Source: Nitrospirota bacterium
GTDB lineage: Bacteria > Nitrospirota > UBA9217
DNA length: 64,000 bases
Reading direction: 5' to 3'
NCBI GenBank assembly: GCA_963737155.1
Contig: CAVTRN010000002.1
Location: forward strand, 2,016,001-2,080,000
The position numbers and the translations under genes are program-made. The stretch's first letter is position 1. The number at the start of each line of letters is the position of its first letter. A model generated the notes under the pieces. That model did not search any database. It was not told where the DNA came from and worked only from the letters and a program-made list of their open reading frames with translations. Below, piece after piece: positions 8,610-19,747 of this stretch.

Positions 8610-10310
8610 TTAAATTCTGCCTTCGTTGCCAGCTGACCTCTTGTCATACGCGCTTACTACTGCATTGATGGTATCGTAGAACGCATCTTTCCCAAACAGA
8701 TCGGTAAGCTCATACGTATCTAGCTCAGCCTTGACTATGTCAATCATTTCGGAAAACACAATTCGGACCCCCTGAATCTTCAGGATGCCGTGGATATCGC
8801 GTAGGGTTGATGCCGCAGTGAAGTCCACATCTGCAATCGCTGACGCTTCGATACAGAACCAGACCAGAGGGGGCTGTGCCTTGTTTGCGAGTTCGACAAC
8901 CTCCATCGAGAGTTGCTCGGCATTTGCATAGTACATAGTGTGACTGAAGCGATATACCAGTAGGCCGGGCCGGATTTGTTCGGGACTGCTCACCGGCAAT
9001 GCCCGCCAGCCACCCGTCTTGTCAGGTGCGAGCACAGCATTCTTACATCGATAGCTTCTCCGCACGTGCTCTATGAGTGACAGTACCATCGCAAGGAGAA
9101 TACCCTGCTCGACGCCGACACCGACCACTACAATGGCGGTGATCAACGCCACCCAGAATTCTGGCGGGCGTTGTACCCAGATTTTTCGCATCCCCTTGAC
9201 ATCGATCAATTCAACGGCGATCATGAAGACCACCGCAGAGAGGGCGGCAATTGGCATGCTGGCCAGCGAACCCGTCAGAAACAGCAGCACCAGCAAGACA
9301 ATGATGCTTGAGGTAATCTGCGCAATCTGACTGCTACCGCCGGCACTATCGACAATCTGAGTCGCGGTCGGGCTTCCGTTCACAACAAAAGTCCCGCTCA
9401 ATGCGGCTCCGATATTGGCAAGGCCCAGGCCCACCAGATCCACATTTTCGCTGAAGCGCTCGCTGTAGCGGGTTGCATAGACGCGGGATGTCGCTGCGCT
9501 CTGGGCCAGGATCACTATGAACATTGCAAAAGCGGTGGGAAACAACTTCAGGATAAGGCCAAGATCCCAATGTATTTCCGGCAAACCGATCACTGGCAGG
9601 CCCCTTGGAACCGCACCAAGCACATGTGCGCCGTGAGCTTGAAGATTGAGCGCCGAGCTGGCGACGATGGCAGCCGCCACTGCGATTACTGCACCAGGGA
9701 TCTTTTTCGAAATCTTTTTTGCTCCGATGATAATCGCGAGCACAGCCACGGAGACACCTAGGGCGTAGAAATTAGTCTGTTGGACCTGATGTAAATCGTT
9801 GATGATGTTGTAGATTGGACCATGCCCTCCTCCAGGAAGCCCTAACATACTCGATATCTCACCGAAAGCAACTTGGACGCCTACTCCTGACAGAAACCCG
9901 ACGAGCACAGTTCGCGACAGAAAATCCGCAAGGAACCCCAGTCGAATGATACGGGCGATGATCAAGAAACCAGCCGACAGAACCGCGAGAACTTCTGCCA
10001 GTGCAAGCCACTCTGCTGACCCGGACACGGCCATCCCGGTTAGAGCACCTGAGAGAATGGCCGCTGTGGCAGAGTCGGCACCGACGACAAGGTGCCGGGA
10101 TGAGCCGAAAAGGGCGAAAAGGGCCGTTGGGATGAGGATGGTGTAGAGGCCCGTGATCACCGGGGTACCTGCAATTTTTGTGTAGCCCATCACCTGAGGA
10201 ATGGCGAGGGCAGCAAGCGTAAGACCGGCTATGATGTCTTTGAGCACCTGAGATCCTTTTATTGGGAGGATCCCTTGAAAAACGGGCAACCGCATGCCTT
10301 GTGCCTCCAT
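8610..10310 (-). CDS. SulP family anion permease with STAS domain
   Basis: DIIAGLTLAALAIPQVMGY...GLY...FGSSRHLVVG; C-terminal STAS (DVDFTA). Confidence 0.93.
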   Translation of the reverse strand: MEAQGMRLPVFQGILPIKGSQVLKDIIAGLTLAALAIPQVMGYTKIAGTPVITGLYTILIPTALFALFGSSRHLVVGADSATAAILSGALTGMAVSGSAEWLALAEVLAVLSAGFLIIARIIRLGFLADFLSRTVLVGFLSGVGVQVAFGEISSMLGLPGGGHGPIYNIINDLHQVQQTNFYALGVSVAVLAIIIGAKKISKKIPGAVIAVAAAIVASSALNLQAHGAHVLGAVPRGLPVIGLPEIHWDLGLILKLFPTAFAMFIVILAQSAATSRVYATRYSERFSENVDLVGLGLANIGAALSGTFVVNGSPTATQIVDSAGGSSQIAQITSSIIVLLVLLFLTGSLASMPIAALSAVVFMIAVELIDVKGMRKIWVQRPPEFWVALITAIVVVGVGVEQGILLAMVLSLIEHVRRSYRCKNAVLAPDKTGGWRALPVSSPEQIRPGLLVYRFSHTMYYANAEQLSMEVVELANKAQPPLVWFCIEASAIADVDFTAASTLRDIHGILKIQGVRIVFSEMIDIVKAELDTYELTDLFGKDAFYDTINAVVSAYDKRSAGNEGRI

Positions 10311-10760
10311 CTGGCCTTTTGTGATTATATGCGCCGATCATTTCTACAGGCTGAGGCTGGATGGTTTTGATGTATGAAAGGCGTAGCCAAGCGTATATCT
10401 ATCGGCAATAACCTTTAGGTCTTGCTTATCGGTCTTATTCGGGTGCGAAGGCACAGCATTCTTTGTCATCTATTAATGAAGTGTGTAAGATATCTGTGCA
10501 CCCAGCCTATTAGGAATGCTTCTGAACCTATTTTTTCTGGCTTGTTGACCCTTGAATGGCTATCCAATTGGCTTAGACGCGGCCGTTGGTATTTATTTGG
10601 AGTACATTGCCTAGTGCTCCAGTAACCATTTTTTTGCTAACTCAGACATTGTTGAGAACCATGAGTAAAAATCAAGACCGCAGTCAGTGCCGGGAGGGAC
10701 CCGATGATGTAGAGCGCGCCAGCACACCAAGTATGTTATGCGCGCAACTAGTCAGGGCCC

Positions 10761-11627
10761 TTACACGCTCAAAACTGGAATCGGCACCGCACAAATGATT
10801 GCGTAGCCGTGGGTCCTCAGGTGACCGCCATAAGGGTGACACCCCATAACCAGCAAGTCCGCCTTCGTCTGTTTCGCAGCTTGGCTCAGTACCTTGGGCA
10901 CATCACCACTACCGATAAATACGTCTGACTTGATGCCTATGCCTTGCTGGAGCTCTACGATATGCTGCGAAGCGTCGCCGACGAGCGCCGCTTTCCACTT
11001 TTGATTAACGTAGTTGCCACCCGGCCCCCAAAACTCCACCCCGGCTGTGACATGTGCGAGCGTAAGATGGGCACCAAATTCGTCCGCCATTTGCGCGGCC
11101 CACGACACAGTTTTGTGATCATAGGGGTTAAATGCGACCGCACACAAGACGTTGCGGACCATAAACTTCTGCAGTGTCGACTCTTGCACGTGGGCGTCGG
11201 TCCAAACCGGGCACTCGGTCCCTTGCATTACTTTCGCTGTCACAGAGCCTAGAAGAAACTGGTCGAACGTGTGGCCGTAGGACGGCATCATGATCAGGTC
11301 GGCTTTTTCTTCCTGAGCTGTCTGCACGATTGCCTGGGCAGCGCTGCCTTTGACCAACACACGCTGAATGGTAAGGTCAGAAAGCTCCGATATTAGAGAC
11401 TGGCCCAAGTTTTTCTCGGCACCTCTCGTGATCTCCGCGAGTATATCCCAACCAGCGAGTTCGGGGCCGTCCTCTGGAACACCGGCGGCATGGCTCAGCG
11501 CTGTTACGTTGTGCAGCATCACGATCTCAGAATGGAAATGATGGGCCAATGTCGCAGCCTGATGAATCACACGCAGCGAGGTATTCGGGAAATCAACCGG
11601 AAGAAGAATTTTCTTAATATTTAACAT
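10761..11627 (-). CDS. Universal stress protein (two Usp domains)
   Basis: IKKILLPVDF...ADLIMMPSYG...LLGSVTAKV...CPVW; second domain ADLLVMG...IPVLSV. Confidence 0.9.
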   Translation of the reverse strand: MLNIKKILLPVDFPNTSLRVIHQAATLAHHFHSEIVMLHNVTALSHAAGVPEDGPELAGWDILAEITRGAEKNLGQSLISELSDLTIQRVLVKGSAAQAIVQTAQEEKADLIMMPSYGHTFDQFLLGSVTAKVMQGTECPVWTDAHVQESTLQKFMVRNVLCAVAFNPYDHKTVSWAAQMADEFGAHLTLAHVTAGVEFWGPGGNYVNQKWKAALVGDASQHIVELQQGIGIKSDVFIGSGDVPKVLSQAAKQTKADLLVMGCHPYGGHLRTHGYAIICAVPIPVLSV

Positions 11628-11813
11628 CTCGCACCAGCCGAAGAGTCAAAATGTCCCTGGCCATCTACCTCGGGACGTTCTCAACTTTATTTGGGTCACA
11701 CGCAATCCTCACGATCCCCGAACGGCGAGTCGACAAAGATGGGCGGATTCGGCACATCGTCATTTCAGCCGTTTGGGTGATAATTTGCAGCAGAGACAAG
11801 TCAGTTTTAAGTT

Positions 11814-13348
11814 CTATGGTACTTTATTCATCAGTTGCTCAGGCGACGGGAGTTGCGAGGCGTCCCAACCTCCACCTAGCGCCTCGATCAACCCAACGCT
11901 TGCCGTCATCTGCTGAATTAGGAGATTGACCGCAGTTTCCTGATTGGATAGCAATGAGGTTTGCGCTGTAATCACATTCAGGTAAGGATCGATTCCCAAT
12001 CTGTAGCGTTCCTTGGCGAGCGTGAGGCTTCTTTCCGCCGATTTGACCGCCGTGTCCTGATATTGAATTTCCACAGAGAGGATCCGCAACAACGCGAGGT
12101 TGTCTTCAACTTGTTGAAAAGCCGTAAGCACCGATTGTCTATAGTTTGCCACTGTCTGATCATACTGGGCGCTAAATTGTTCGACCGTGGCCTCGGCGCA
12201 ACCCCGCGTCAAAAATGGTTTCCGCGGCCGCCGCGCCAATCGAGAAAAAGCGGCTCGGCCATGTGAACCAGGTCGCGAACGAATTGCTTTCGAATCCTGC
12301 CGCTGCGCTTAATGTAATCGTCGGGAAATATGCTGCTTTCGCAATGCCAATCTGTGCGTTGGCCTGAGCAACCAGGCGCTCTGCTGCGGCAATGTCGGGA
12401 CGCCGCTCAAGAAGCTGGGACGGGACGCCGAAGGGAATCGCCGGAGGACTGGATTTGAGCGGTTCGACCGGAATTGAGAACGTCGACGCCGGTTGGCCGG
12501 TCAGCATGGCGATGGCATGTTCAAACTGCGCTCGTTGGACGCCAAGAGCGGCATCCTGTGCTTGCGTGGCTTCGAGTTGAGTCTCGGCTTGTGCCACGGC
12601 TTCGTCCGTCACCGATGCCTGTCTCATACAGAGCCCTCGTCAGTTCAAGTGACTGTTGATAAGCGAGAACAGTAGAATCCAACAATCGCTTTAACGCATC
12701 CTGACCGCGAAGTTGAAAGTAATCCGATGCAACATCGGCCTGGATAGTGAGACGGGTAGTCTCGAGATCCGCCGCGCTAGCCTGTGCCCCGTAGGTAGCC
12801 GATCTTACAGTGTTCTGGATACGGCCGAACAAGTCCGGCTGCCAGGTCGCATCAAATGGAAAGGTGTAGTCAGTAAAGGTAACCCGGGAGGAGGAACCTC
12901 CCGCCATGCCACTGGATAATGTGGATGACGCCCCTTGCCGAGTAATGGCTGGGTTTGTCGTCACTGTAGGGAAAAGCTGTGATCGAGCCTCCTTGACCAG
13001 GGCGCGCGCTGCAAAAAAGCTTTCCGCAGCAGCTACTATGTTTTGGTTTGAAACATTGACCTTCTCTTCCAGCGCATTCAACTGAGGATCGTGGAAAAGT
13101 TCCCACCATTTACCACGAAGCGAATCATCTTTGGGCTGCGCCACTTTCCAACCTTCCGTATTGTTGAAGTCGGCAGGAGTGAGTTCCTTGTATGCCGCAG
13201 GAGTTTCCGTGGTCGGTCTATGGTACTTCGGGCCGACCATGCACGCTGCTAGGAGACAAGGTGTCACGGCGAGACATAGTGTGGCTCTTAGATGGAAAAG
13301 AGTCATAAGCTTATGCACCCCATAATAGCTCCAATTAACCTTCATCAC
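11814..13348 (-). pseudogene. RND outer membrane factor lipoprotein (NodT/OprM-like), two +1 frameshifts (possibly sequencing errors)
   Basis: LAACMVGPKY lipobox, WWELFHDPQLNAL, PSQLLERRPDIAAAER, LIEALGGGW spread across three overlapping ORFs. Confidence 0.88.
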
Positions 13349-16300
13349 TGGGGGATAATCTAACCCCTTGGTTAAGGACGTCGTGCTGCTTTCCCTGCAT
13401 CCGTAGGCGCAGCCGGTCGAACGTCAAATAAACGACCGGCGTTGTATAGAGCGTGAGCAACTGACTTACGAGCAGTCCTCCCACAATAGTGATGCCAAGG
13501 GGCCGGCGGAGTTCATACCCCGTGCCCGTCTCTAGCGCCAACGGAAGAGCACCAAATAGCGCAGCCATCGTCGTCATGAGAATCGGACGGAAACGCAACA
13601 TGCAAGCTTCAAAGATTGCGTCGGTTGTGCTCTTTCCCTCTTGGCGCTCTGCCTCAAGAGCGAAATCGATCATCATGATGGCGTTCTTTTTTACGATACC
13701 GATCAGCAGCACGATGCCAATGATGGAGATAATGTTCAGATCCTCTTTAAAGAGCATCAATGCGAGCATTGCGCCTACGCTTGCCGACGGTAGAGTGGAG
13801 ATGATCGTCAGTGGATGGACCAGGCTTTCATACAAAATACCGAGAACGATGTACACTGCCAGCAGCGCCGTCAGAATCAGCACGGGCTCGGCGCCAAGAG
13901 ATTGCTGGTATGCCAGCAGCGTGCCGGCAAAAAAACCTTGCAGCGTGGAAGGCGTGCCGAGTCGCTTTTTCATTTGGTTGATGCGCGATGTGGCATCGCT
14001 CAAAGATACATTCGGCGCGAGGTTAAAGGACACGGTGACCGATGGGAATAAGCCCGTATGGTTGACGGCCAATGGTGTTGTGTTGGCTTGACCCTTGGCC
14101 ACCGTGAGAAGTGGAATGTTACGGCCGCCAGACGACTGAAGATATATGTTTTTCAATCCTTCCGGGCTTTGCCAATACTGGGGAGCAACTTCCAGCACCA
14201 CGTAATACTGATTTAATTGCGTGTACATGACGGATACTTCCGATTGGCCAAATGCGCTATACAACGCTGAGTCCAGAGACTGTGCAGTAAGGCCGAGCTT
14301 TGCGGCAGTGACGCGATCATAAGTCATCAGTTCATCAAGGCCACCATTCTGCTGGTCCGAGTTCACGTCCTGCAGACCGGGCAGGCGTTTCATTTCACCC
14401 AGCAGGATCGGTCCCCACTTGGAAAGTTCCTGCACATTGTCGGCTTGGATCGTGTACTGGTACAGCGCACTACTGGACCGGCCACCGATTTTTAGATCTT
14501 GCACGGGTTGGAGGAACGCAGAAGCCACCGGCAGACGATTCAATTGGGGGCGCAGGCGGTTGATGATTTGAGTGACACTAACCTTGCGTACCGCTAGTGG
14601 CTTGAGCGCAACATAGATGAATCCGGTATTTGTGGCACCATTGCCGCCAGTAAACGCAATCATATTCTCGACGGCAGGGTCGTTTTTAATCACGCCGCCG
14701 AGCTGCCGTATGGCGTTGTCCATCGCCGGAAAAGATGAATCCTGCGGCCCTTGGACTCCACCAACCATCGCTCCTGTGTCCTCCAACGGGAAAAAGCCCT
14801 TGGGTATCTTGACGATCAGCACTACATTGAGCGCTATGGTAAGGAAGAGTACGACGAGGATGAGCGTTGGATTGTCTAGGGCCCAATGCAGGCTTCTGCG
14901 ATATACAGACAGCACCCAGTCAAAAAACTTTTCGCTGGCCATATAAATACGGCCATGCTTTTCCGCGCGCTCGTTCCTCAACAGGTAGGCGCACATCATT
15001 GGCGTGGTGGTCAGTGAGACGATCATGGACACGAGAATGGCCGTCGAGAGAGTGACGGCAAATTCGCGGAAGAGACGGCCAACGATTCCGCCCATCATTA
15101 GAAGAGGGATAAAGACGGCAATGAGCGAAATGCTGATGGTGAAGACGGTAAAACCGATTTCTTCTGCGCCCTTCAGCGCCGCGGCAATGGGCTTTACACC
15201 GTTTTCCAGATGGCGCACGATGTTTTCCATCACAACGATGGCATCATCAACCACAAATCCTGTTGAAATGGTCATAGCCATGAGCGAGAGGTTGTCAATG
15301 CTATAACCGAACAGATACATAACTGCGAATGTACCGATCAGCGAAACCGGCACAGCAACGCCGGGAATGAGCGTAGCGCGGCCGTTGCGCAGGAAGACAA
15401 ACACCACGGCGATGACGAGGCCGATGGAAATGAGCAGCGTCCATTCGACATCACTCACGGAAGCGCGGATGGTTGTGGTCCGATCAAGAACGATGGTGAT
15501 ATCGATGCCGAGCGGAATAGATGCCTTGATAAACGGAAGTTGCGCGCGGATGCGTTCGACCGTGGCAATGATGTTGGCGCCTGGCTGGCGGTAAATGATG
15601 ACCATAACCGCGCGCTTGCCGTTCAAATAACCAGCAGCACGAACGTTTTGCACAGAGTCTGTCACCTGAGCGACATCAGACAGGCGGATAGCCGCGCCGT
15701 GGTTATAACCGACGACGAGCGGCTTATAATCGTCCGCAAGCAACATTTGGTCGTTGGCAAGAATGTCTGCGGTCACAAAACCATCAGAGATTTGACCTTT
15801 CGGCAGGTCAGCGTTCTGCAGGCTCAGCACGGACTGCAAATTCGCAAGGGTAAGTCCGTAGCTGGCCAATTGTGTGGGATTTGCGTCCACACGCACAGCC
15901 GGCAATGCGCCACCTCCGGCAACGACCTGCCCTACGCCCTGTATCTGCGACAACTTCTGTATTATGACGGTTGAGGCCTCGTCATACAGTTTAGCGGGGC
16001 CGTATTTGTCTGAGGTAAGACCGAGGATCATGATCGGCGCATCGGCGGGATTGACCTTGCGATAGAGCGGATTGGCCGGCAGGTTGGTGGGCAGATAGGT
16101 TCTCGCCGCATTGATGGCAGCCTCCACATCGCGTGCCGCGCCATCAATGTTGCGGCTGAGATCAAATTGAATGGTGACAGAGGTGTTGCCGAGCGTGCTT
16201 GCGGAGGTCATCTCCGTCACACTTGCAATATGACCGAACTGCCGCTCCAGAGGAGTGGCAACGGACGACGCCATTGTTTCAGCACTGGCTCCCGGCAAGG

Positions 16301-16448
16301 CTGCACTGACTGAAATAGTCGGAAAGTCGACCTGTGGCAGAGGTGATACCGGCAACACCTCATACGCAATCGCTCCGACAAAAGCAATCGCCACCGTGAG
16401 CAGCGTCGTAGCCACTGGCCGGCGAATGAACGGTTCGGAGATATTCAT
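13335..16448 (-). CDS. mdtC: RND efflux permease, MdtC-like
   Basis: MNISEPFIRRPVATTLL...LPVSPLPQVDFPTI, GFVVDDAIVVMENI, GIVKKNAIMMIDFA, RFRPILMTT. Confidence 0.9.
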   Translation of the reverse strand: MNISEPFIRRPVATTLLTVAIAFVGAIAYEVLPVSPLPQVDFPTISVSAALPGASAETMASSVATPLERQFGHIASVTEMTSASTLGNTSVTIQFDLSRNIDGAARDVEAAINAARTYLPTNLPANPLYRKVNPADAPIMILGLTSDKYGPAKLYDEASTVIIQKLSQIQGVGQVVAGGGALPAVRVDANPTQLASYGLTLANLQSVLSLQNADLPKGQISDGFVTADILANDQMLLADDYKPLVVGYNHGAAIRLSDVAQVTDSVQNVRAAGYLNGKRAVMVIIYRQPGANIIATVERIRAQLPFIKASIPLGIDITIVLDRTTTIRASVSDVEWTLLISIGLVIAVVFVFLRNGRATLIPGVAVPVSLIGTFAVMYLFGYSIDNLSLMAMTISTGFVVDDAIVVMENIVRHLENGVKPIAAALKGAEEIGFTVFTISISLIAVFIPLLMMGGIVGRLFREFAVTLSTAILVSMIVSLTTTPMMCAYLLRNERAEKHGRIYMASEKFFDWVLSVYRRSLHWALDNPTLILVVLFLTIALNVVLIVKIPKGFFPLEDTGAMVGGVQGPQDSSFPAMDNAIRQLGGVIKNDPAVENMIAFTGGNGATNTGFIYVALKPLAVRKVSVTQIINRLRPQLNRLPVASAFLQPVQDLKIGGRSSSALYQYTIQADNVQELSKWGPILLGEMKRLPGLQDVNSDQQNGGLDELMTYDRVTAAKLGLTAQSLDSALYSAFGQSEVSVMYTQLNQYYVVLEVAPQYWQSPEGLKNIYLQSSGGRNIPLLTVAKGQANTTPLAVNHTGLFPSVTVSFNLAPNVSLSDATSRINQMKKRLGTPSTLQGFFAGTLLAYQQSLGAEPVLILTALLAVYIVLGILYESLVHPLTIISTLPSASVGAMLALMLFKEDLNIISIIGIVLLIGIVKKNAIMMIDFALEAERQEGKSTTDAIFEACMLRFRPILMTTMAALFGALPLALETGTGYELRRPLGITIVGGLLVSQLLTLYTTPVVYLTFDRLRLRMQGKQHDVLNQGVRLSPSDEG

Positions 16449-19400
16449 GCCGACCCTCCCCGTTCTGCGTCTCCGGTTTCCGGCTTGCTCGATTTATGCG
16501 CAAAGCGCTTCGCTAGATTGTCAAAAAAGATATAGATGACGGGCGTGGTGTATAGCGTGAGGGCTTGGCTCAGCAGCAGTCCGCCGACCATGGCGATACC
16601 CAGTGGCCTGCGCAACTCGGAACCGAAACCAGTTCCAAGCGCCAGCGGTATCCCAGCCAGCAGCGCGGCCATGGTGGTCATCATAATGGGGCGGAAGCGG
16701 AGCAGACAGGCCTCGTAAATTGCATCCGTCGCATTCTTTCCGTGCTTACGCTCGCCTTCCAGGGCGAAGTCGACCATCATAATTCCGTTCTTTTTCACAA
16801 TACCTATCAGCAGGACGATGCCGATGATCGCCACCACGCTTAAATCCTGGTGAAAGAGAATCAATGCGAGGAAAGCCCCAACGCCCGCTGACGGTAACGT
16901 GGACAGAATCGTAATCGGGTGGATAAAACTCTCGTACAAAACACCAAGCACGATATACACCGTGATCAGCGCGGCAAGAATGAGCAAAGGCTCATTGGAA
17001 AGCGAATTCGTGAATGATGCCGCGGTGCCTTGAAAACCGGCTTGAAGGCTGGGAGGCATGTGCATATCTTTCTGTACTTTGTTGATCGCCGTAATGGCGC
17101 TGCCAAGCGCGGCATTCGGCGCAAGATTGAACGACGTGGTGGTCGCCGGAAATTGACCCTGGTGTGTAATTACGAGCGGCTCCGTCGTGTTCTCAAAGTG
17201 CGAGAAAACGCTCAGCGGTACGGCGCTACTCATGGTCGAACTGGGAGCGCCTACAGAGTTTGCTTGCACGCTCGCCGAAAGCGCGTTTGCGGGAGGAGTA
17301 AGCGCAGCTGCCGATGGAGTGTACAGCGCCGAATTTGTTAGCGCGTTTGATCCCGCAGCGGACGATCCGGAAGACGCGAAAGAGGAAGAAGCTCCGGGAC
17401 CGGCTACGCCGGAGGACGTATTATACTTGATGTATAGTTGATTCAGCTTGTTCGGGTCATTCTGAAATTGCGGCTCACTCTCAAGCACGACGTGGTACTG
17501 ATTCACCTGCGTATACATGGTGTTAATTTGCCTTTGGCCGAAGGCGTCATACAGGGTGTTGTCGATGGTCGACGGCGCAATTCCCAATCGCGAGGCTGTA
17601 ACCCGGTCAATCGCCAGATATACGGCCAGCCCTCCCAATTGTTGGTCGGTCGCGACGTCTTCTAGTTCCGGCAACTGCTTCAGCCGTTCGACGAAGCGGG
17701 TGGTCCAGGTATTCAGCTCGTTGGCATCGGGGTCTTCGAGCGTGTACTGAAATTGCGTGCGGCTCACCCGGTCATCTATGGTAATGTTCTGCACAGGCTC
17801 CATAAACAGTTGTATCCCCTGCATCCGGTCCAATCTCGTCTTGAGCCTGCGAATCACATCTGATGCGCTGATTTTGCGCTGGTCGAGCGGTTTCAGATTG
17901 ATCGACATTCGGCCGCTGTTGACCGTTATATTCGTGCCATCCGCACCAATGAATGACGAAAGGCTTTCAACAGCTGGGTCCTCTAGAACCGCCTTGGCAA
18001 GTTCCTGCTGCTTCTCAGCCATGGCCCTTGAGCTAATCGTCGGCGGCGCCTGCGATATGCCCTGGATGACGCCTGTGTCCTGTACCGGGAAAAAACCTTT
18101 TGGGATAATGATGTAAAGGGAAATCGTTAGCAGGAGTGTAGCCAATGCGACCAACAGGGTAATCGTCTGGTATCGAAGGACAAACTTCAGTGTCTTCCCG
18201 TAGAACGCGATCATCCACTCAAAAAAGCGCTCCGAGGCTCTATAGATGCGCCACTGCTGCTCTTTTGGCTTGCGCCGCAAGATTCTCGCGCTCATCATGG
18301 GCGTAAGGGTAAGGGAAACCACTGCCGAAACGACGATAGTGACTGCAAGTGTCACGGCAAACTCGCGAAACAGGCGCCCAACAACATCGCCCATGAATAA
18401 GAGCGGAATCAGCACGGCGATGAGTGACACGGTCAACGAGAGAATGGTGAAGCCAATTTGTTCAGCACCCTTGAGCGCTGCTTCCATGGGTGGATCTCCC
18501 GCTTCGATGTAACGCGATATGTTCTCGATCATCACAATGGCATCGTCCACAACGAAACCCGTGGAGATAGTCAGCGCCATTAACGATAAGTTATCCAGGC
18601 TATATCCGAGGAGGTACATCGCAGCGAAGGTGCCAATGATTGACAGTGGCACAGCCACGCTCGGAATAATGGTGGCAGAGAGGCTACGCAAAAAGAGGAA
18701 TATGACCAACACGACGAGTGCGACCGTCAGCAGCAATTCGAACTCAACGTCGGAAACCGATGCTTTGATGGAGGTCGTAAGATCGGTAAGAGTGGTCACT
18801 TGAATGCCCGTGGGCAGGTTGGCCTCCATCTGCGGCATTAGTCGCTTGATGTTCTTGACCACGCTGATTGTATTGGCTCCGGGCTGGCGTTGCACATTTA
18901 GTACCACCGCAGGGGTCTGATTCATCCACGCGGCCTGGTTATTGTTCTCTATGCCATTCACGATGCGTGCTACGTCGGTCAGCATCACCGGCGCACCGTT
19001 ACGGAATGCAACTACAACGTTCCGATATTCGTCGCTGGTGACCAACTGATCGTTGGAATCGATCTGATAATCCTGGCGCGGCCCATCGAAGTTCCCTTTG
19101 GCGGCGTTCACACTGGCCTGTGTCAGCGCAGTGCGCAGGTCTTCCAGGTTGATTCCATAAGATGACAGTGCCATTGGGTTGGCTTGAATGCGCACTGCTG
19201 GTTTTTGCCCGCCACTAATGGTTACAAGGCCGACCCCACTGAGCTGCGAAATCTTTGGCGCAATGCGCGTGTCCACAAGATCCTCGAGCTGAGGAAGCGG
19301 CATGCTGCTTGAGGTGAAGGCCAGCGTGAGCACGGGAGCATCGGCTGGATTCGTCTTACTATAGATAGGCGGCGAGGGCAGGTTGGATGGCAACAAACTC

Positions 19401-19747
19401 TGTGATGCGTTTATCGCGGACTGAACTTCTTCCTCGGCCACGTCCATAGCCAGAGTGAGATTGAACTGCAGCACGATGACGGAAGTGCCGCCAGAGCTTG
19501 AGGAGGTCATCTGGCTCAAGCCCTGCAGTTCGCCAAATTGGCGTTCCAGTGGCGCCGTTACAGTCGTCGACATGACGGTCGGGCTTGCGCCTGGATAAAA
19601 CGTGAGTACCTGAATGGTCGGATAATCGACTTCCGGCAATGCAGAAACCGGCAGCTGCGTATAGCCAACAAGACCGACCAAGAGGATTGCAGCCATCACC
19701 AAAGAGGTCGCTACTGGTCGCAAGATAAATGGACGTGATGGATTCAC
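16445..19747 (-). CDS. mdtB: RND efflux permease, MdtB-like, with a Ser/Ala-rich insertion
   Basis: MNPSRPFILRPVATSL...LPVSALPEVDYPTIQV; start/stop overlap with neighbours. Confidence 0.9.
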   Translation of the reverse strand: MNPSRPFILRPVATSLVMAAILLVGLVGYTQLPVSALPEVDYPTIQVLTFYPGASPTVMSTTVTAPLERQFGELQGLSQMTSSSSGGTSVIVLQFNLTLAMDVAEEEVQSAINASQSLLPSNLPSPPIYSKTNPADAPVLTLAFTSSSMPLPQLEDLVDTRIAPKISQLSGVGLVTISGGQKPAVRIQANPMALSSYGINLEDLRTALTQASVNAAKGNFDGPRQDYQIDSNDQLVTSDEYRNVVVAFRNGAPVMLTDVARIVNGIENNNQAAWMNQTPAVVLNVQRQPGANTISVVKNIKRLMPQMEANLPTGIQVTTLTDLTTSIKASVSDVEFELLLTVALVVLVIFLFLRSLSATIIPSVAVPLSIIGTFAAMYLLGYSLDNLSLMALTISTGFVVDDAIVMIENISRYIEAGDPPMEAALKGAEQIGFTILSLTVSLIAVLIPLLFMGDVVGRLFREFAVTLAVTIVVSAVVSLTLTPMMSARILRRKPKEQQWRIYRASERFFEWMIAFYGKTLKFVLRYQTITLLVALATLLLTISLYIIIPKGFFPVQDTGVIQGISQAPPTISSRAMAEKQQELAKAVLEDPAVESLSSFIGADGTNITVNSGRMSINLKPLDQRKISASDVIRRLKTRLDRMQGIQLFMEPVQNITIDDRVSRTQFQYTLEDPDANELNTWTTRFVERLKQLPELEDVATDQQLGGLAVYLAIDRVTASRLGIAPSTIDNTLYDAFGQRQINTMYTQVNQYHVVLESEPQFQNDPNKLNQLYIKYNTSSGVAGPGASSSFASSGSSAAGSNALTNSALYTPSAAALTPPANALSASVQANSVGAPSSTMSSAVPLSVFSHFENTTEPLVITHQGQFPATTTSFNLAPNAALGSAITAINKVQKDMHMPPSLQAGFQGTAASFTNSLSNEPLLILAALITVYIVLGVLYESFIHPITILSTLPSAGVGAFLALILFHQDLSVVAIIGIVLLIGIVKKNGIMMVDFALEGERKHGKNATDAIYEACLLRFRPIMMTTMAALLAGIPLALGTGFGSELRRPLGIAMVGGLLLSQALTLYTTPVIYIFFDNLAKRFAHKSSKPETGDAERGGSA

